A stretch of 64,000 bases of DNA. It comes from Chiloscyllium plagiosum. Its lineage: Eukaryota. Location: positions 1,167,306-1,231,305 of the forward strand of contig NC_057755.1 in NCBI RefSeq assembly GCF_004010195.1, read 5' to 3'. Under the pieces are notes generated by a model that saw nothing but the letters and a program-made list of their open reading frames with translations, ran no database searches and was not told the DNA's origin. A program made the translations under genes and the position numbers. Each line of letters starts with the position of its first letter. Position 1 is the first letter of the stretch. Of this stretch, positions 38,324-50,387 are shown one piece after another.

Positions 38324-38825
38324 CTCAGCAATTGTCCTTTGTTGAGCAGGGCATTGCTTGCCACTGACCACTCAGGTGTTTCCTTTCTTCCTGGTTGTGG
38401 AATATAAATAAATATCTACGTATTTGTTTTTTTCGGAGTGTCAGGGGCTCTGCTTGCTCTGAGAGCTGGCTCTGAGGGAGCTGAATCGTTGTCAAGGACT
38501 CTCCACTGGTAAATAAAAGGTGCCTTGGTGACAGGGAAAATAAAACAGGAAACGGCATGGAGTGTTTTATTTCCCCCTCTGATTCTAATTTAGATTTAAT
38601 CCCTACTCTCTCCAATCATGTAAGCATTGCACTTTGTCGAGAAGGGCTCTGCATGTCACTGGCCACTTGGGTGTTTCCTTTCCTTCTGGTGATGGAACAT
38701 GAATAAAGATTTCTGCACTCGTCATTTCTTCACTGTGTTCTACACATGCACAAACGCACACGACATGGGTGCTTGGGTGAAATAAACACTACCGCTATTT
38801 GGTAGTTGCGTAGGGTTTTTTATGA
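38324..38825 (+). repeat. Continuation of the Tx1-like array (two short units and an LTR-like spacer at 38437-38540)
   Basis: The 3'UTR resumes at the point interrupted at 32249. The last unit ends cactaccgctatttggtagttg. Confidence 0.75.
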
Positions 38826-39149
38826 AAAGTAATCTGGAAATGGCGAGTTGCCTTTGAGTGGCCGGAAGCTGGGAGGGGCAGGTCATTTCCTGGTTTACCA
38901 GGGGTGTCTGAGTAATAAGCACTGTTTTACAAAAACAATCCCATCAACTAAAGAGTGTGCATTTAGGTTTCTTTTTTCCTCTTCGGTAAATTACAATAGG
39001 ATTTGGGGTTCGTCTGCATTTCCCTTTGAATTGGTTGTACACTGGGGTTTTGGGATTTGGCTTTGCTACCCCTTTCCCCTGTAAATTGTGGGTTATTGTA
39101 AACTGCTGCTTATTATTCATTGTTGACTGTTTCTACTTTTGTACAATAT

Positions 39150-39261
39150 AATTAAAAACATAACCAGGAGATGAGAATCTCAGTTCAGGAGACTGATTCC
39201 AATCTGGCTGGCACAAGTAAATAAAGGGTGATGGGATACTGGCCTCTACACAGTTATTTCA
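39150..39261 (+). mobile_element. Putative 3' end of the LTR-like host or target of the array
   Basis: aaacataaccaggag..gtaaataaaagggtgatgggatactggcctct..ttatttCA shares the ATAACCAGG linker and the gtaaataaaagg motif with 38437-38540. Confidence 0.45.
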
Positions 39262-39779
39262 GATTCCTTGGTTCCCCCAGGGTGCAAAGGGTTTTCTAGA
39301 TATCAATGTCCCAAGTGGAGGAAGTGTTCAGGAGTTGCAGCCGTGCATCTTCTACACTGTTCACACAGCTACCACAGCATCTTGCTGATGGACTGAGTGA
39401 ATCTCTTGGTACCCAGGATGATGTTGAGCTGCAACTGTTGTCAGAACTGCACAGATCCAGACAAGTGAGCAGCACTCCATTGTCCTCCTGTCTTGAGGAT
39501 CTTATCAATGATGGGCATGCCGTTATTTATTGGTTCAGTGACATTTCTATTAAACTGTTATCTCCTGTCATTCAGTACCAAGCCTTGATGGCGAAGAGAG
39601 AGCCTGAAAAAGTCATGCACCTAGGATTGCCACAACATGTCGGTACATGGGACCTTGCACAGTCACGAAGGATTTGTTTGTGGTAGTCACAGGGCAGTTA
39701 TAGTTTTAAGTGAAAGTCCTTCCTGCTGACAAAGGCTGCTGTATGCTCTGTGGAGGCTTCGTTGAATGGATATATACAT

Positions 39780-41000
39780 GCAGTCAATGGCACATAGCAA
39801 AGGCCATGGGCCCTGACAACATGCTGACAATTATACTGAAGACTTGTGCTCCAGAAATTGCAACATCCCTCACCAAGCTGTTCCAGTGCAGCAACAACAT
39901 TGGCATCCACCCCACCATATGGCAGGTATGTCCTGGATGTAAAAGGCAGGACAATTCCAATCCAGTGAATGATCACCCCATCAGTCTACTCTTGATCATC
40001 AGTAAAGTGATGGAAGGTGTCACCAATAATGATAGCACTATTTGTGGCTTCACTAGTAAGAGCACCTGCTCAGTGACGCCCAGTTTGGGTTCCGCCAGGG
40101 CCACTCAACTCCTGACCTCATTATAGCCCTAGCTCAAACATTCCAAAGTGAGGCGAGAGTCACAATCCTCAACAGCAAGGCCACATTTGACCAGAGTGTG
40201 GTATCATTGAGCCCTGAACAAAACTGGAATCAATTCATATTCACACCAGACAAATGCCAGACAATGTCCATCCCAAATAAAATATTACATTACCGCTGCC
40301 TCTTGACATTCAGTGCTGTCACCATCTATCAGCACTCTGGGTGTGTCATTGACCAGAAATTAAACAGAGTTCCTTATGTAAATACAGTGGCTAGAACAGC
40401 ATCACACAGGCTAGGAATACTACTGCAAACAAGTTACCTCTTGACTACCCAAAGCCTGTCCCACCATCTACAAGACACAAGGCAACAGTGTGATGGAATA
40501 CTCCCCATTTGCTTGGATGAGTACAGTTCCAACAACACAAGAAACTCAACACCATCCAGGTCAAAGCAATCCGCTTGAATGGCACAATATCTACAAACAA
40601 GCACTCCCTCCACCAGCAACACTTCACAGCAACAGTATGTACTATTTACAAGGTAGACTGCAGGGAATATGTCAAAGATACTAAAGACAACACCTTCCAA
40701 ATCCATGATCACTTCCATCTAAAAGGACATGGGCAGCAGATACTTGGAAATGCCACCACCTACATGTTCTCGTCCGAGCCACTCCCCATCCTGACTTGGA
40801 AATATATCACCATTATTGGAGTCTCACTGGGTCAGAATCCTGAAATTCCCTCCCTAAGGGCATTGTGGGTCTACCTACAGCAAATGTAGTTCAAGGCAGC
40901 AGCTCACCACCATCCTATCAAGGGCAACTAGGGACAGGCAATAAATACTGGTCCAACCACCAACAGTGACACCCCACAAGTGAATAAAAAGAAAAAAAAA
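39780..41000 (+). mobile_element. Old CR1/L2-group LINE, RT-to-3'-end fragment with deletions
   Basis: KAMGPDN..LKTCAPE..LTKLFQ..PISLL..SKVME and MEYSPFAWMS, with a tail ending gtgaataaaaagaaaa. Confidence 0.75.
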
Positions 41001-41479
41001 ACACTCTGCACCTGTGATAATCTAATGAAGGACTGCAGCCTAACTGATTGAATTGGTGCCAAAGAACGTGTTGGTGTCCAAGATAGTACTGATGTTTGGA
41101 AGATCCACAGACTGGGAGTTACTACAGTCATCTTCAGAAGATTCTTCTAATTAAGGTGAGGTGCAGAAATTCACAGTCACTTATAATGCCAATCAGCATT
41201 AGTATTCGCCACTTCCCAGAGAATTCAAGTTATAAGCCATCATAACTCACTGTTCAATAATGGCCCTCCTGGAGAGGCAGTGTCTGCAGCAACACATCTA
41301 CTCTGATATGGACAGGAAGTCTCTGATGGTAAAACCTTGTTTAGTAGGTACCATAGTCTGTGCACCAAAGTGTTGTTGTGTGCCTCAGTGCCCCCTTTTC
41401 TGTGCTGCTTCCCCATCTAAAGGACTTGCAGCTAGTTCAGGGTTAACTTTTCAATCACATGGGAATCACAGAAGTGGTC

Positions 41480-42030
41480 AATGTTCTGTGAGGCCTCTCT
41501 GTGGATCTTGATGACCAGGGGTTCACTCCACAATGCCAAACCAGGTCAGTAAGGACCTTCAGGGTGAGACCCATGCTTTCATAGGCTTCTGTCAAGGTAC
41601 TGACAATGGCCTCGAGTATATTCTTTGAGACTGCACATCCACAAGCATCATCCAGCTCGATGACACTGGTTCGGAGGGACTTTGGCTTTGGCTCGAGGAC
41701 AGCAGAGGCTGAATGATTTCCCGCAGGCTCTGTAGTTTAGCTCCACTTCAGCGGGCAGCCTCTCTGCGATGAGGTGAACCAGGTAGATGGAGAGCAGTGT
41801 TGGGGCATTGACACAGCCCTGCCTGACCCCGGTCTGAACAAGGAATGGGTCTGGGATACAGCTTTTGTCATTACCATGACTTCCATGTCGTCATAGAGCA
41901 GGTGGAGGATGGTGCTAAACTCCATGGGTGCAACCAAAGTGGAGAAGGACACTCCACAATGCTTCCCGATTGATGATGTCAAATGCCATTCTAAGGTCAA
42001 AGAAAGCCAAGTACATGGCTAGGTTCTTCT
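41480..42030 (-). mobile_element. RTE-clade LINE RT fragment
   Basis: Frame-broken MYLAFFDLRMAFDIINREALWSVLLHFGC..ILHLLYDDM..PFLVQTGVRQGCVNAPTL. Confidence 0.75.
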
Positions 42031-42734
42031 GTGTGCTTTTCTCTTTATGTCACAGGTTTGATGTTGGACCTCAGCCTGTACGCCTGTCTTTTCTCTTCTG
42101 GTCATTGCATGGTATTTGTGTGGCGCAAATGGTATTTGCATAAAATCTGTTACATATCAAACTTTTACCAGTTCTGAGTACAAGTTCTAGAGCAGAACCT
42201 TATAGGTCCCTAAACAATGTGGACCGTAGCAAGAAACCTGGGAGAGTCACATGACAGATGTCTAGCAAGGTCTACCTTGACATCTGACAGGTTGGATTTT
42301 CCAGGTTCTCACTGGGGAGGGATACAACGCCTATTAAGGGAGATCATCCCTTGTTGTCAGCCTAATTAACTGCATCCATCTGCTTGTGCCTGCATCTCAG
42401 GCCTTAACAGAGATTATCATTATAATGCTGCTGCAAAGACACTTTGTGCTCAGTGACAGGCACCAAGCTGATGGATCGGACCAGACGACCTCTGACGCTC
42501 AAAGTGACCTTGTGCTATCCAGATACTCACAACATCACTGCTTTGTGGTACCCTTTTGCATTTTATTCCTTTAGCCAAAGATACCAGATTTACAGTACTG
42601 CTTATTGCCCTGTCACTTAGAGCAGAAGGAAAACAAGGAAATTTGGGTCAACAGTAAGCAAAGGGGAATCAAGGGCAGCTTCCAATACCACTCCAGGAGC
42701 TTGGATACAGTCAGTCAGTCAGCCACTTGGAGTG

Positions 42735-42830
42735 GTCAGAGTCAGGATCCTCTCCACATAAGGGGCGAGGAGCTGAATATTGGGCAGACCACCACCTTTT
42801 CCTGCCTCATTGTGCAACATTTTCTCCTGA
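42735..42830 (-). mobile_element. Harbinger-type Myb/SANT gene remnant (downstream exon)
   Basis: After a cag acceptor it reads EKMLHNEAGKGGGLPNIQLLAPYVERIL, similar to the TGGG..L(T/S)P.EE motif that follows Myb/SANT-like domains. Confidence 0.45.
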
Positions 42831-43084
42831 GTTTGGAAAAAAAAGAAAGGATTAAGGGAAATGAAAGAGGTTGGCACAGTTGTTACAGTTAACGATGGTG
42901 GGAAATGTGTGGTGAGGTCTTCTGAGGAGGCAGCACAGAGGCCATTGCAGGGTCAATGACATGGGGGGAGTTGGGGTGAATAAGACCAAGTGAGGGGAGA
43001 TGGTTCATGCAATAATGGGTTCTAGAACGGGTGAGAGGTGCATGCAGGAGGAGAGACAGAGTGAGTATGAGAGAGCAGGGAGTT

Positions 43085-44155
43085 TATTGAGATATGTCTC
43101 TTGATTAAACTTAAATATAAGCCATTAGTATTAAGTTAGCCTGGAGCAGTGTTTTGTGGAGGAATAATATGGTGCTATTTTCTGGGGCTATAAATTGGAA
43201 GATGCGAACTTAGCCCTTCGTAGAGTGATATGCTCTTCTTGTCAAACGTGGGAGTTTAGGGAGCATTTACGTCTTACTGAGGATTATATCTGCAATAAAT
43301 GCCGTTGGTTGCAAATCCTATCAGATCAAATGGATTGAATGGAAAGACAGTCAGAGGCAAAGAGGAATTTACAAGAGCCAGGGGGCATGATGGATGGCAA
43401 TTATAGGAATGGGGAGAAGTCTCAGATTCAGTCACATAGATGGGCTAACTCCAGGAAAGTAGGAGCGGTAGGCTAGCGGTGCAGGAGTCTCCAATGGCTA
43501 TTCCCATTTCAAACATATATGCCGGTTTGGAAAATGTAGAGGGTGATGGATTCTCAGGGGAATGTAGCATGAACAGCCAAGTCTCTAGTATCGAGACTGT
43601 CTCTAATGTAATGAGGGGTACATCAGGTTCCAACTAATCGATTGTGTTAGGTGACTCTCCAGTCTGAGGTACAGCCAGGCGTTTCTGTGGCCAGCAGCGG
43701 AAAATCAGAATGGTGTGTTGCCTCCCTCGTGCCAGGATCAAGGATGTCTCAGAGAGGGTGCAGGATGTTCTCAAGGGGGAGAGGGCCCAGCAGGAAGTCA
43801 TCGTACACATTGGAACCAACAACATAGGAAGTGAAAAGGATGAGATTCTGATGGGAGAATATAGAGAGTTAGGCTGGAATTTAAAAGGGAGATCCTCGAA
43901 AGTAGTAATATCTGGATTACTCATGGTGCCGCGAGCTAGTGAGGGTAGGAATAGGAAGATAGAGCAGATGAATGCGTGGTTGAGGAGCTGGTGTATGGGA
44001 AAAGGATTCACATTTTTGGTTCATTGGAATCTCTTCTGGGGTAGATGTGACCTGTACAAGAAGGATGGATTGCACCTGAATTGGAAGGGGGCTAATATGC
44101 TGGCAGGGAGATTTGCTAGAGCTGCTTGGGAGGAATTAAACTAGCTAAGGTGGGG
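43085..44155 (+). mobile_element. CR1 5'UTR + ORF1 fragment (same family as 36960-37750)
   Basis: VCCLPRARIKDV..HIGTNNIG..DGLHLNWKG. Shares gagatatgtctcttgattaaactta with 36961. Confidence 0.88.
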
Positions 44156-44179
44156 AGTGGATCCCGGGAGATAGTTATT

Positions 44180-47100
44180 TTTGCAGCAGAGATAGGCGGG
44201 AGCTGGACGGATGTGAGATCGGAGCACAGAGGCTGTTGGGAAAGTTAGTGAGTGGTATTTAAGTAGGTGTATTCTAGGCCTCAGGTCCTACACAGTAGGG
44301 CCTCACTCCCACCCTCCTTATCTAACCTAATTAAGAGTCCACAGACTCGCAGCAAAGAAAAGGGGGTCGAGGGAAGTGTCTGGTGAGAAAAGTGAGAGTC
44401 TTTGGCTCAAGAGTCTTCAGTGAAGAGGCTGAGTGGGGAGATTATGCCCACAGTTGAAGAGAGTGAAGACATGACTGCCAAGCTGTTTCAATATGCTGCG
44501 TGCATGATGTGGGAGGTAGGAACACTGATGGTGTCTCTGACTCCTATAGCTGTGGAAAGTGTGTAGATATTCAGCTTCTGAAGGAGCATGTTACAGCACT
44601 GAGAAAAGAACTAGATGACCTCAGGCTCATCAGAGAGAATGAGAATTTCCTGGACAGGACCTTCTGCGAGGTCATTACACCAAGCATATCGGAAGAGAGA
44701 AGAAGGGCGAGGACAATGATGAAGGAAGAGATGATTCAAGTACAAGAGACCCCGGGAGAGAAGTACTTCTCGTGAACAGGTTGAATCTCTTGGAAACTGT
44801 TGAGACATATGACACTGCCACTCCGAGAGGCGAAGGGTCTACCAATCGAAAATTGGTGTGGAGACAGTGCCGAGGAGTCAGACATCATGCAGAGCCATGG
44901 CAATAGGGGACTCCATAGTGAGAGGGACTGAAAGGGGTTTTCTGCGGCAACAGGTGGGATTTGAGGATGGTGTGTTGCCTTCCTGGTGCCAGGATCCAGA
45001 ACATCACCGACAGAGTGCAGGGAATCCTCAAGGGTCAAGGTGAAGAGCCAGAGGTGGTGGTGCATGTTGGTACAAATGATGTCGGGAAGAAAAGGAGGGA
45101 CATTCTACAGTGGGACTACGGAGAACTCGAAGAAGGCTGAAAAGCAGGACTTCCAGTGGGGTTATCTCTGGTTTGCTTCCAGTTCCTTGGCTGGAAAGGG
45201 CAGGAACAGGGAGATAATGGACTTGAATGTGTGGCTGAGGAACTGGTGCAGGAAGCAAGGATTTAAATTCTTGGATTACTAGGGTATGTTTTGTGGTAAT
45301 GATAAATTATACAAGAGGGACAGGTTGCACGTTAATAGGTGGGGGACCAACATTCTGGCAGGTAGGTTTGTCACTTCTTAAACTAAGAAGTGGGGGTGGC
45401 AAACTGGAAATCTAAGAAGGAAGTTAAAGGGAAAGTGAGAATAAGAGAAGTTAAGAAAGACAACAGAATCGACGGAGCAGAAAATTCAAGAAGGGATCAT
45501 ATAGTATGGTCAAGTGAAATAAGGATTGATAGGATGGGTGAGGGGAGTAACAAATTAAAAGTATTATATATGAATACACGAAGCATAAGAAATAAGGTGG
45601 ATGAGTTTCAGGCTCAGTTGGAAATTGGCAGGTACGATGTTATAGGGATAACCAAGACGTGGCTTCAAGTGGACAGGACCTGGGAAATGAATATTCAAGG
45701 CTATACATGCTATTGAAAGGACAGATTGACAGGCTGATGGGGTGGGGCGGCCCTGTTGGTGAGGAATGAAATTCAGTCCCTTGCGAGGGGAGACATAGAA
45801 ACAGGAGATGTAGAGTCAGTATGGATAGAGCTGAGAAATTCTAAGAGTAGAAAGACCCTAATGGGAGTTATCTACAGGCCCCCAAACAGTAGTCTGGATG
45901 TAGGGTGTAAGTTGAATAAGGAATTGAAATTGGTCAGTCGCAAAGATTGTTATGGGGGATTTAAACATGCAGATAGACTGGGAGAATTAGAGAAAGGGAG
46001 TTTGTAGAGCGCCTCCGAGATGGATTCTTAGAACAGCTTGTACTGGAGTCTACCAGGGAGAAGACAATTCTGGATCTGGTGTTGTGCAACGAACCAGATT
46101 TGATCCGGGACCTCGAAGTAAAGGAGCCATTAGGAGGTAGTGACCATAACATGAGAAATTTTAATCTGCAATTTGAGAGGGAGAAGGGAGAATCGGAAGT
46201 GTCAGTTTTGCAGGTGAACAAAGGGAACTATGGAGCTATGAGGGAGGAGCTGGCCAAAGTTCATTGGTTCAATACCTTAGCAGGGATGGCAGTGGAATAA
46301 CAATGGCAGGTATTTCTGGATATTATGCAGAAGGTGCAGGATCAGTTCATTCCAAAGAGGAAGAAAGATCCTAAGGAGAGGCAGGGGCAGCCGTGGCTCA
46401 CGAGGGAAGTTAAGGAATGTATGAAGATAAAAGAGAAGTATAACATAGCAAAGATGAGCGGGAAAACGGAGGATTGGGAAACATTTAAAGAGCAACAGAG
46501 GATAACTGAAAAGGCAATACGCGGAGAAAAAAAATGAGGTATGAAGACAAACTGGCCAAAAATATAAAGGAGGATAGTAAAAACTATTTTAGGTATGTGA
46601 AAAGAAAAAAATGGTTAAGACTAAAATTGGGTCCTTGAAGATTGAAACGAGTGAATTTATTATGGGGAACAAGGAAATGGCAGAAGATTTGAATACGTAC
46701 TTTGGATCTGTCTTCACTTAGGAAGACACAAGCAATCTCCCAGATGTAATAGTGGCTGAAGGACCTTGGGTAATGGATGAGCTGAAGGGAATTTATAGTA
46801 GGCAGGAAATGGTGTTGGATAGACTGTTAAGTCTGAAGGCTGGTAAGTCCTCGGGACCTGATGGTCTACATTCCAAGCTACTTAAGGAGGTGGCTCTAGA
46901 AATCATGGACGCATTGGTAATCATTTTCCAACTTTCAGTATATTCAGGATCAGTCCCTGCGGATTGGAGGGTGGCTAATGCTGTCCCACTTTTCAACAAG
47001 GAAGGGTGAGAGAAAACATAGAATTATAGACCTGTTAGCCTGACGTCAGTAGTGGGAAAGATGCTGGAATCAATTATAAAAGATGAAATTATGACTCATT

Positions 47101-47962
47101 TGGATAGCAGTAACAGGATAGGTCAGCATCAACATGGATTTACAAAGGGGAAATCGTGCTCGACTAATCATGTGGAATCTTTTGAGGATGTAATTGTGAA
47201 GATGTACAAGGGAGAGCCAGTGAATGTAGCGTACCTCAACTTTCAGAAAGCCTTTGATAAAGTCCCACATAGGAGGTTGATGAGCAAAATTAGAGCACAT
47301 GGTATTGGGGGCAAAATATTGACTTGGATTGAAAATTAGCTGGTTGACAGGAAGCAAAGAGTAGTGATAAACGGGACCCTTTCGGAATGGCAGGCAGTGA
47401 CCAGTGGTGTGCCACAGGGATTAGTGCTGGGACCGCAGCTGTTTACAATATACATTAATGATACAGATGAAGGTACTAAAAGTAATATTAGCAAATTTGC
47501 TGATGACACAAAGGTGCGTGGCAGGGTGAAATGTGAGAAGGATGTTATGAGAATACAGGGTGAATTGGACAGGCTAGTTGAGTGGACAGATGCATGGCAG
47601 ATACAATTTAATGTGGATAAATGTATGGATATCCATTTAGATGGCAAGGACAGGAAAGCAGATTACTATCTAAACGGAGTCAAGTTAGGTAAAGGGGAAG
47701 TACATCGAGATCTAGGTGTTCTTGTGCATCAGTCAATGAAAGCAAGCATGCAGGTACAGCAGGTAGTGAAGAAGGCCAATGGCATTCTGGCCTTCATAAC
47801 AAGAGGAATTGAGTATTGGAGCAGAGAGGTTCTTCTGCAGCTGTACAGGGCCTTGGTGAGACCGCACCTGGAGTATTATGTGCAGTTTTGGTCTCCAAAT
47901 TTGAGAAAGGACATTCTGGCTATTGAGGGAGCGCAGTGTAGGTTCACGAGGTCAATTCCTGG
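44180..47962 (+). mobile_element. Long degraded CR1 LINE (5'UTR, ORF1, EN, RT), 3' end missing
   Basis: YSCGKC, AIGDSIVRG, LYMNTRSIRNK, GVIYRPPN, QHGFTKGKSC, AFDKVPH, GVPQGLVLGP and KFADDTK, with many stops. Confidence 0.92.
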
Positions 47963-48270
47963 ATTAGATTACTTACAGTAGTGGAAACAGGCCTTTCGGC
48001 CCAACAAGTCCACACTGCCCCGGCGAAGCGCAACCCACCCATACCCCTACATCGACCCCTTACCTAACACTACGGGCAATTTAGCATGGCCAATTCACCT
48101 GACCTGCACACCTTTGGACTGTGGGAGGAAACCGCAGCACCCGGAGGAAACCCACGCAGACACGGGGAGAATGTGCAAACTCCACACAGTCAGTCGCCTG
48201 AGGCAGGAATTGAACACGGGTCTCTGGCACTGTGAGGCAGCAGTGCTAACCACTGTGCCACCGTGCCGCT
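47963..48270 (-). mobile_element. HE1 (V-SINE), full length
   Basis: GCGGCACGGTGGCACAGTGGTTAGCAC head, V-domain, AATCTAATC tail. Confidence 0.9.
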
Positions 48271-49002
48271 CGGAAAGTGAATATTTTACATGGACTATTC
48301 ACAACTCTGGGACCCCCTTTTCTCTTAACTACTTATTTCCCGACTCCAGCTCGATAGCAATATACTGTTTCTGGGTCTGCCATCCTCTCATACCACAGGA
48401 GCGTGTAAGCTCTCAGTTCAGAACAGAATTCACCCTCGCTTAAAGGTACAGTACACGCTTTCAACTTCATCACATTATGCCCTGGTGAATATCGATAAGT
48501 GGGACCGATCTGGATTTCTTTTGCTCTGTGGTTTGTCAATATTTCATTTGCTCCATCTGGTGTGTGCAGGATTTTTGTTGCTCCATTGACAGCATGTCAT
48601 TATTCGACTCTGTCTATAGGAATATATCAGTATTTCACTATCTCACACTCGTGTGTGTGGGGCAGGATTTCAGTTGTTTCATGGGGACTGTGACGCTATA
48701 ACAATCTCAGTGTTTGTAGATGGCACCGAACCTGGAAGAACTCTGCAGTCTATGGAGGACAGTGTGGAACTNNNNNNNNNNNNNNNNNNNNNNNNNNNNN
48801 NNNNNNNNNNNNNNNNNNNTATCTGAGCTGTTTACAGGGGGAGGTGTAGGAGGGAGCCTCCGTGCTCCCTTCCTGGGAGGTGGTGGTGACGATGTGTAGG
48901 TGGGGGACATGGTCATGGTGAGGTGTCTGGAGGGAGTCAGTCCACTTTGTTGTATCCATGCGGTGTTATTAATGTGGTGGTTCGGGGGGGGGGGGTAAAG
49001 TG

Positions 49003-49006
<4 letters not shown>

Positions 49007-49044
<38 letters not shown>

Positions 49045-49087
49045 CAGACAGAGACAGAGAGAGACAGAGACAGAGAGAGAGAGAGAA
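49007..49087 (+). repeat. (AG)n / (AGAC)n microsatellite
   Basis: Direct reading. Confidence 0.95.
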
Positions 49088-49199
49088 GGTGCTGCATGCG
49101 GCAGTGAGAGTGGTGGACCATGAGCCTTGTTCGGGGGTTAGTGCTGTAACAGATATACAGTGAGTGTGAGGGTGCAGAGACAATACGGTGACCTTTATC

Positions 49200-49430
49200 C
49201 TGACAGAGCGGGGAAGGTTATTGATACTTGTCCTGTATTGATGAACATTTCTTCAGACCACAGATGCACTGAGCTGGGTGGTGAGCTCAGACCATGCTCA
49301 GTGGGTCTGGTCGTGTGGCCCACTCTGGGAAGAGAATGGTCCCCCTCTGTACTAGCCCATTCACCAGGACCTCCGTGCTCCTGTCGACAAACCGTGGTGT
49401 AATTACCCCTTATCTACCATGCTCGGGGTA
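49200..49430 (-). mobile_element. Harbinger-type Myb/SANT domain remnant
   Basis: PRFVDRSTEVLVNGLVQRGTILFP, then a frameshift, then AWSELTTQLSASVV*RNVHQYRTSINNL. Confidence 0.6.
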
Positions 49431-50185
49431 AACTGTGCAGGGCAGCTCCTAACAGAGAAAGCTCAGCCGTGTGCTCAGTGACCTTTTAAAGATGGTGCCA
49501 GTGTCATGGATCATGGAATATCCAGGGACACCCGGGCGATGGTGAGTACCTCCAGCCACATTAGGTGGGAGAATCGGGCTGGTATTGAATGAGAGAGACA
49601 CCATGGGGTGGGTGGTTAATGAGGTGAGTTCGATAAGATAGCACCAAGAAACTAGTTCGGCCCAGTGTAGATGATCCCTCCGTCACAGTCAATGGAAATG
49701 GCACTGAGACAAATTATTGTTAGATTTAGCTCAATGAGCCAAAGACTCTGCTGACCCTACACCCAGATACAAAGCTGCAGAACAAATACTCATCTAAAAC
49801 TCTGCATCACCTGAACTCCCACCAATATCATGTTCAACTACAATTCCTGGAAACACGTATGTTACGGGATGCTGTTAATATGTTTTCATTTCTGCATTCT
49901 GAAACCTGGGAACACATCCTTCCATAACATTTTCTCTCAGTCTCCCCTCTCTGTCTATTTCGCATACCCCTCCCATTTGTTATTGTTTAAACTGATTCCC
50001 ACTCCATCTCTGTATTTCTGTGGCAGTGATGTTCACACCCACAGCATCCCCTTGTCAGGGCACAATGGAGAGATGGAGTTGTAAATGGATGGGAGCTGCA
50101 CATCCTGTCACTTCCAGCATGGGTTGCAAGATTCCCCACACTGGGCAGTGACCTAACACACTGTTACTGAGCAAAGCACGGGTGT

Positions 50186-50370
50186 GGTGTACACAGTCCT
50201 ACATGCTGGGAGGGTAACTGCTCCTGGTTTACAGATCAATGCCCTGGTTTGGTGTACACAGCTCTACATGCTGGAAGGGTAACTGCTCCTGGGTTACAGA
50301 TCAATGCCCTGGTTTGGTGTACACAGCCCGACATGCTGGGAGGGTAACTGCTCCTGGGTTACAGATGAAT
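50186..50370 (+). repeat. 65-bp minisatellite, ~3 copies
   Basis: ggtgtacacag..catgctgg(g/a)agggtaactgctcctgg starts at 50186, 50251 and 50316. Confidence 0.95.
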
Positions 50371-50387
50371 GGTGGGACTATCAAATG

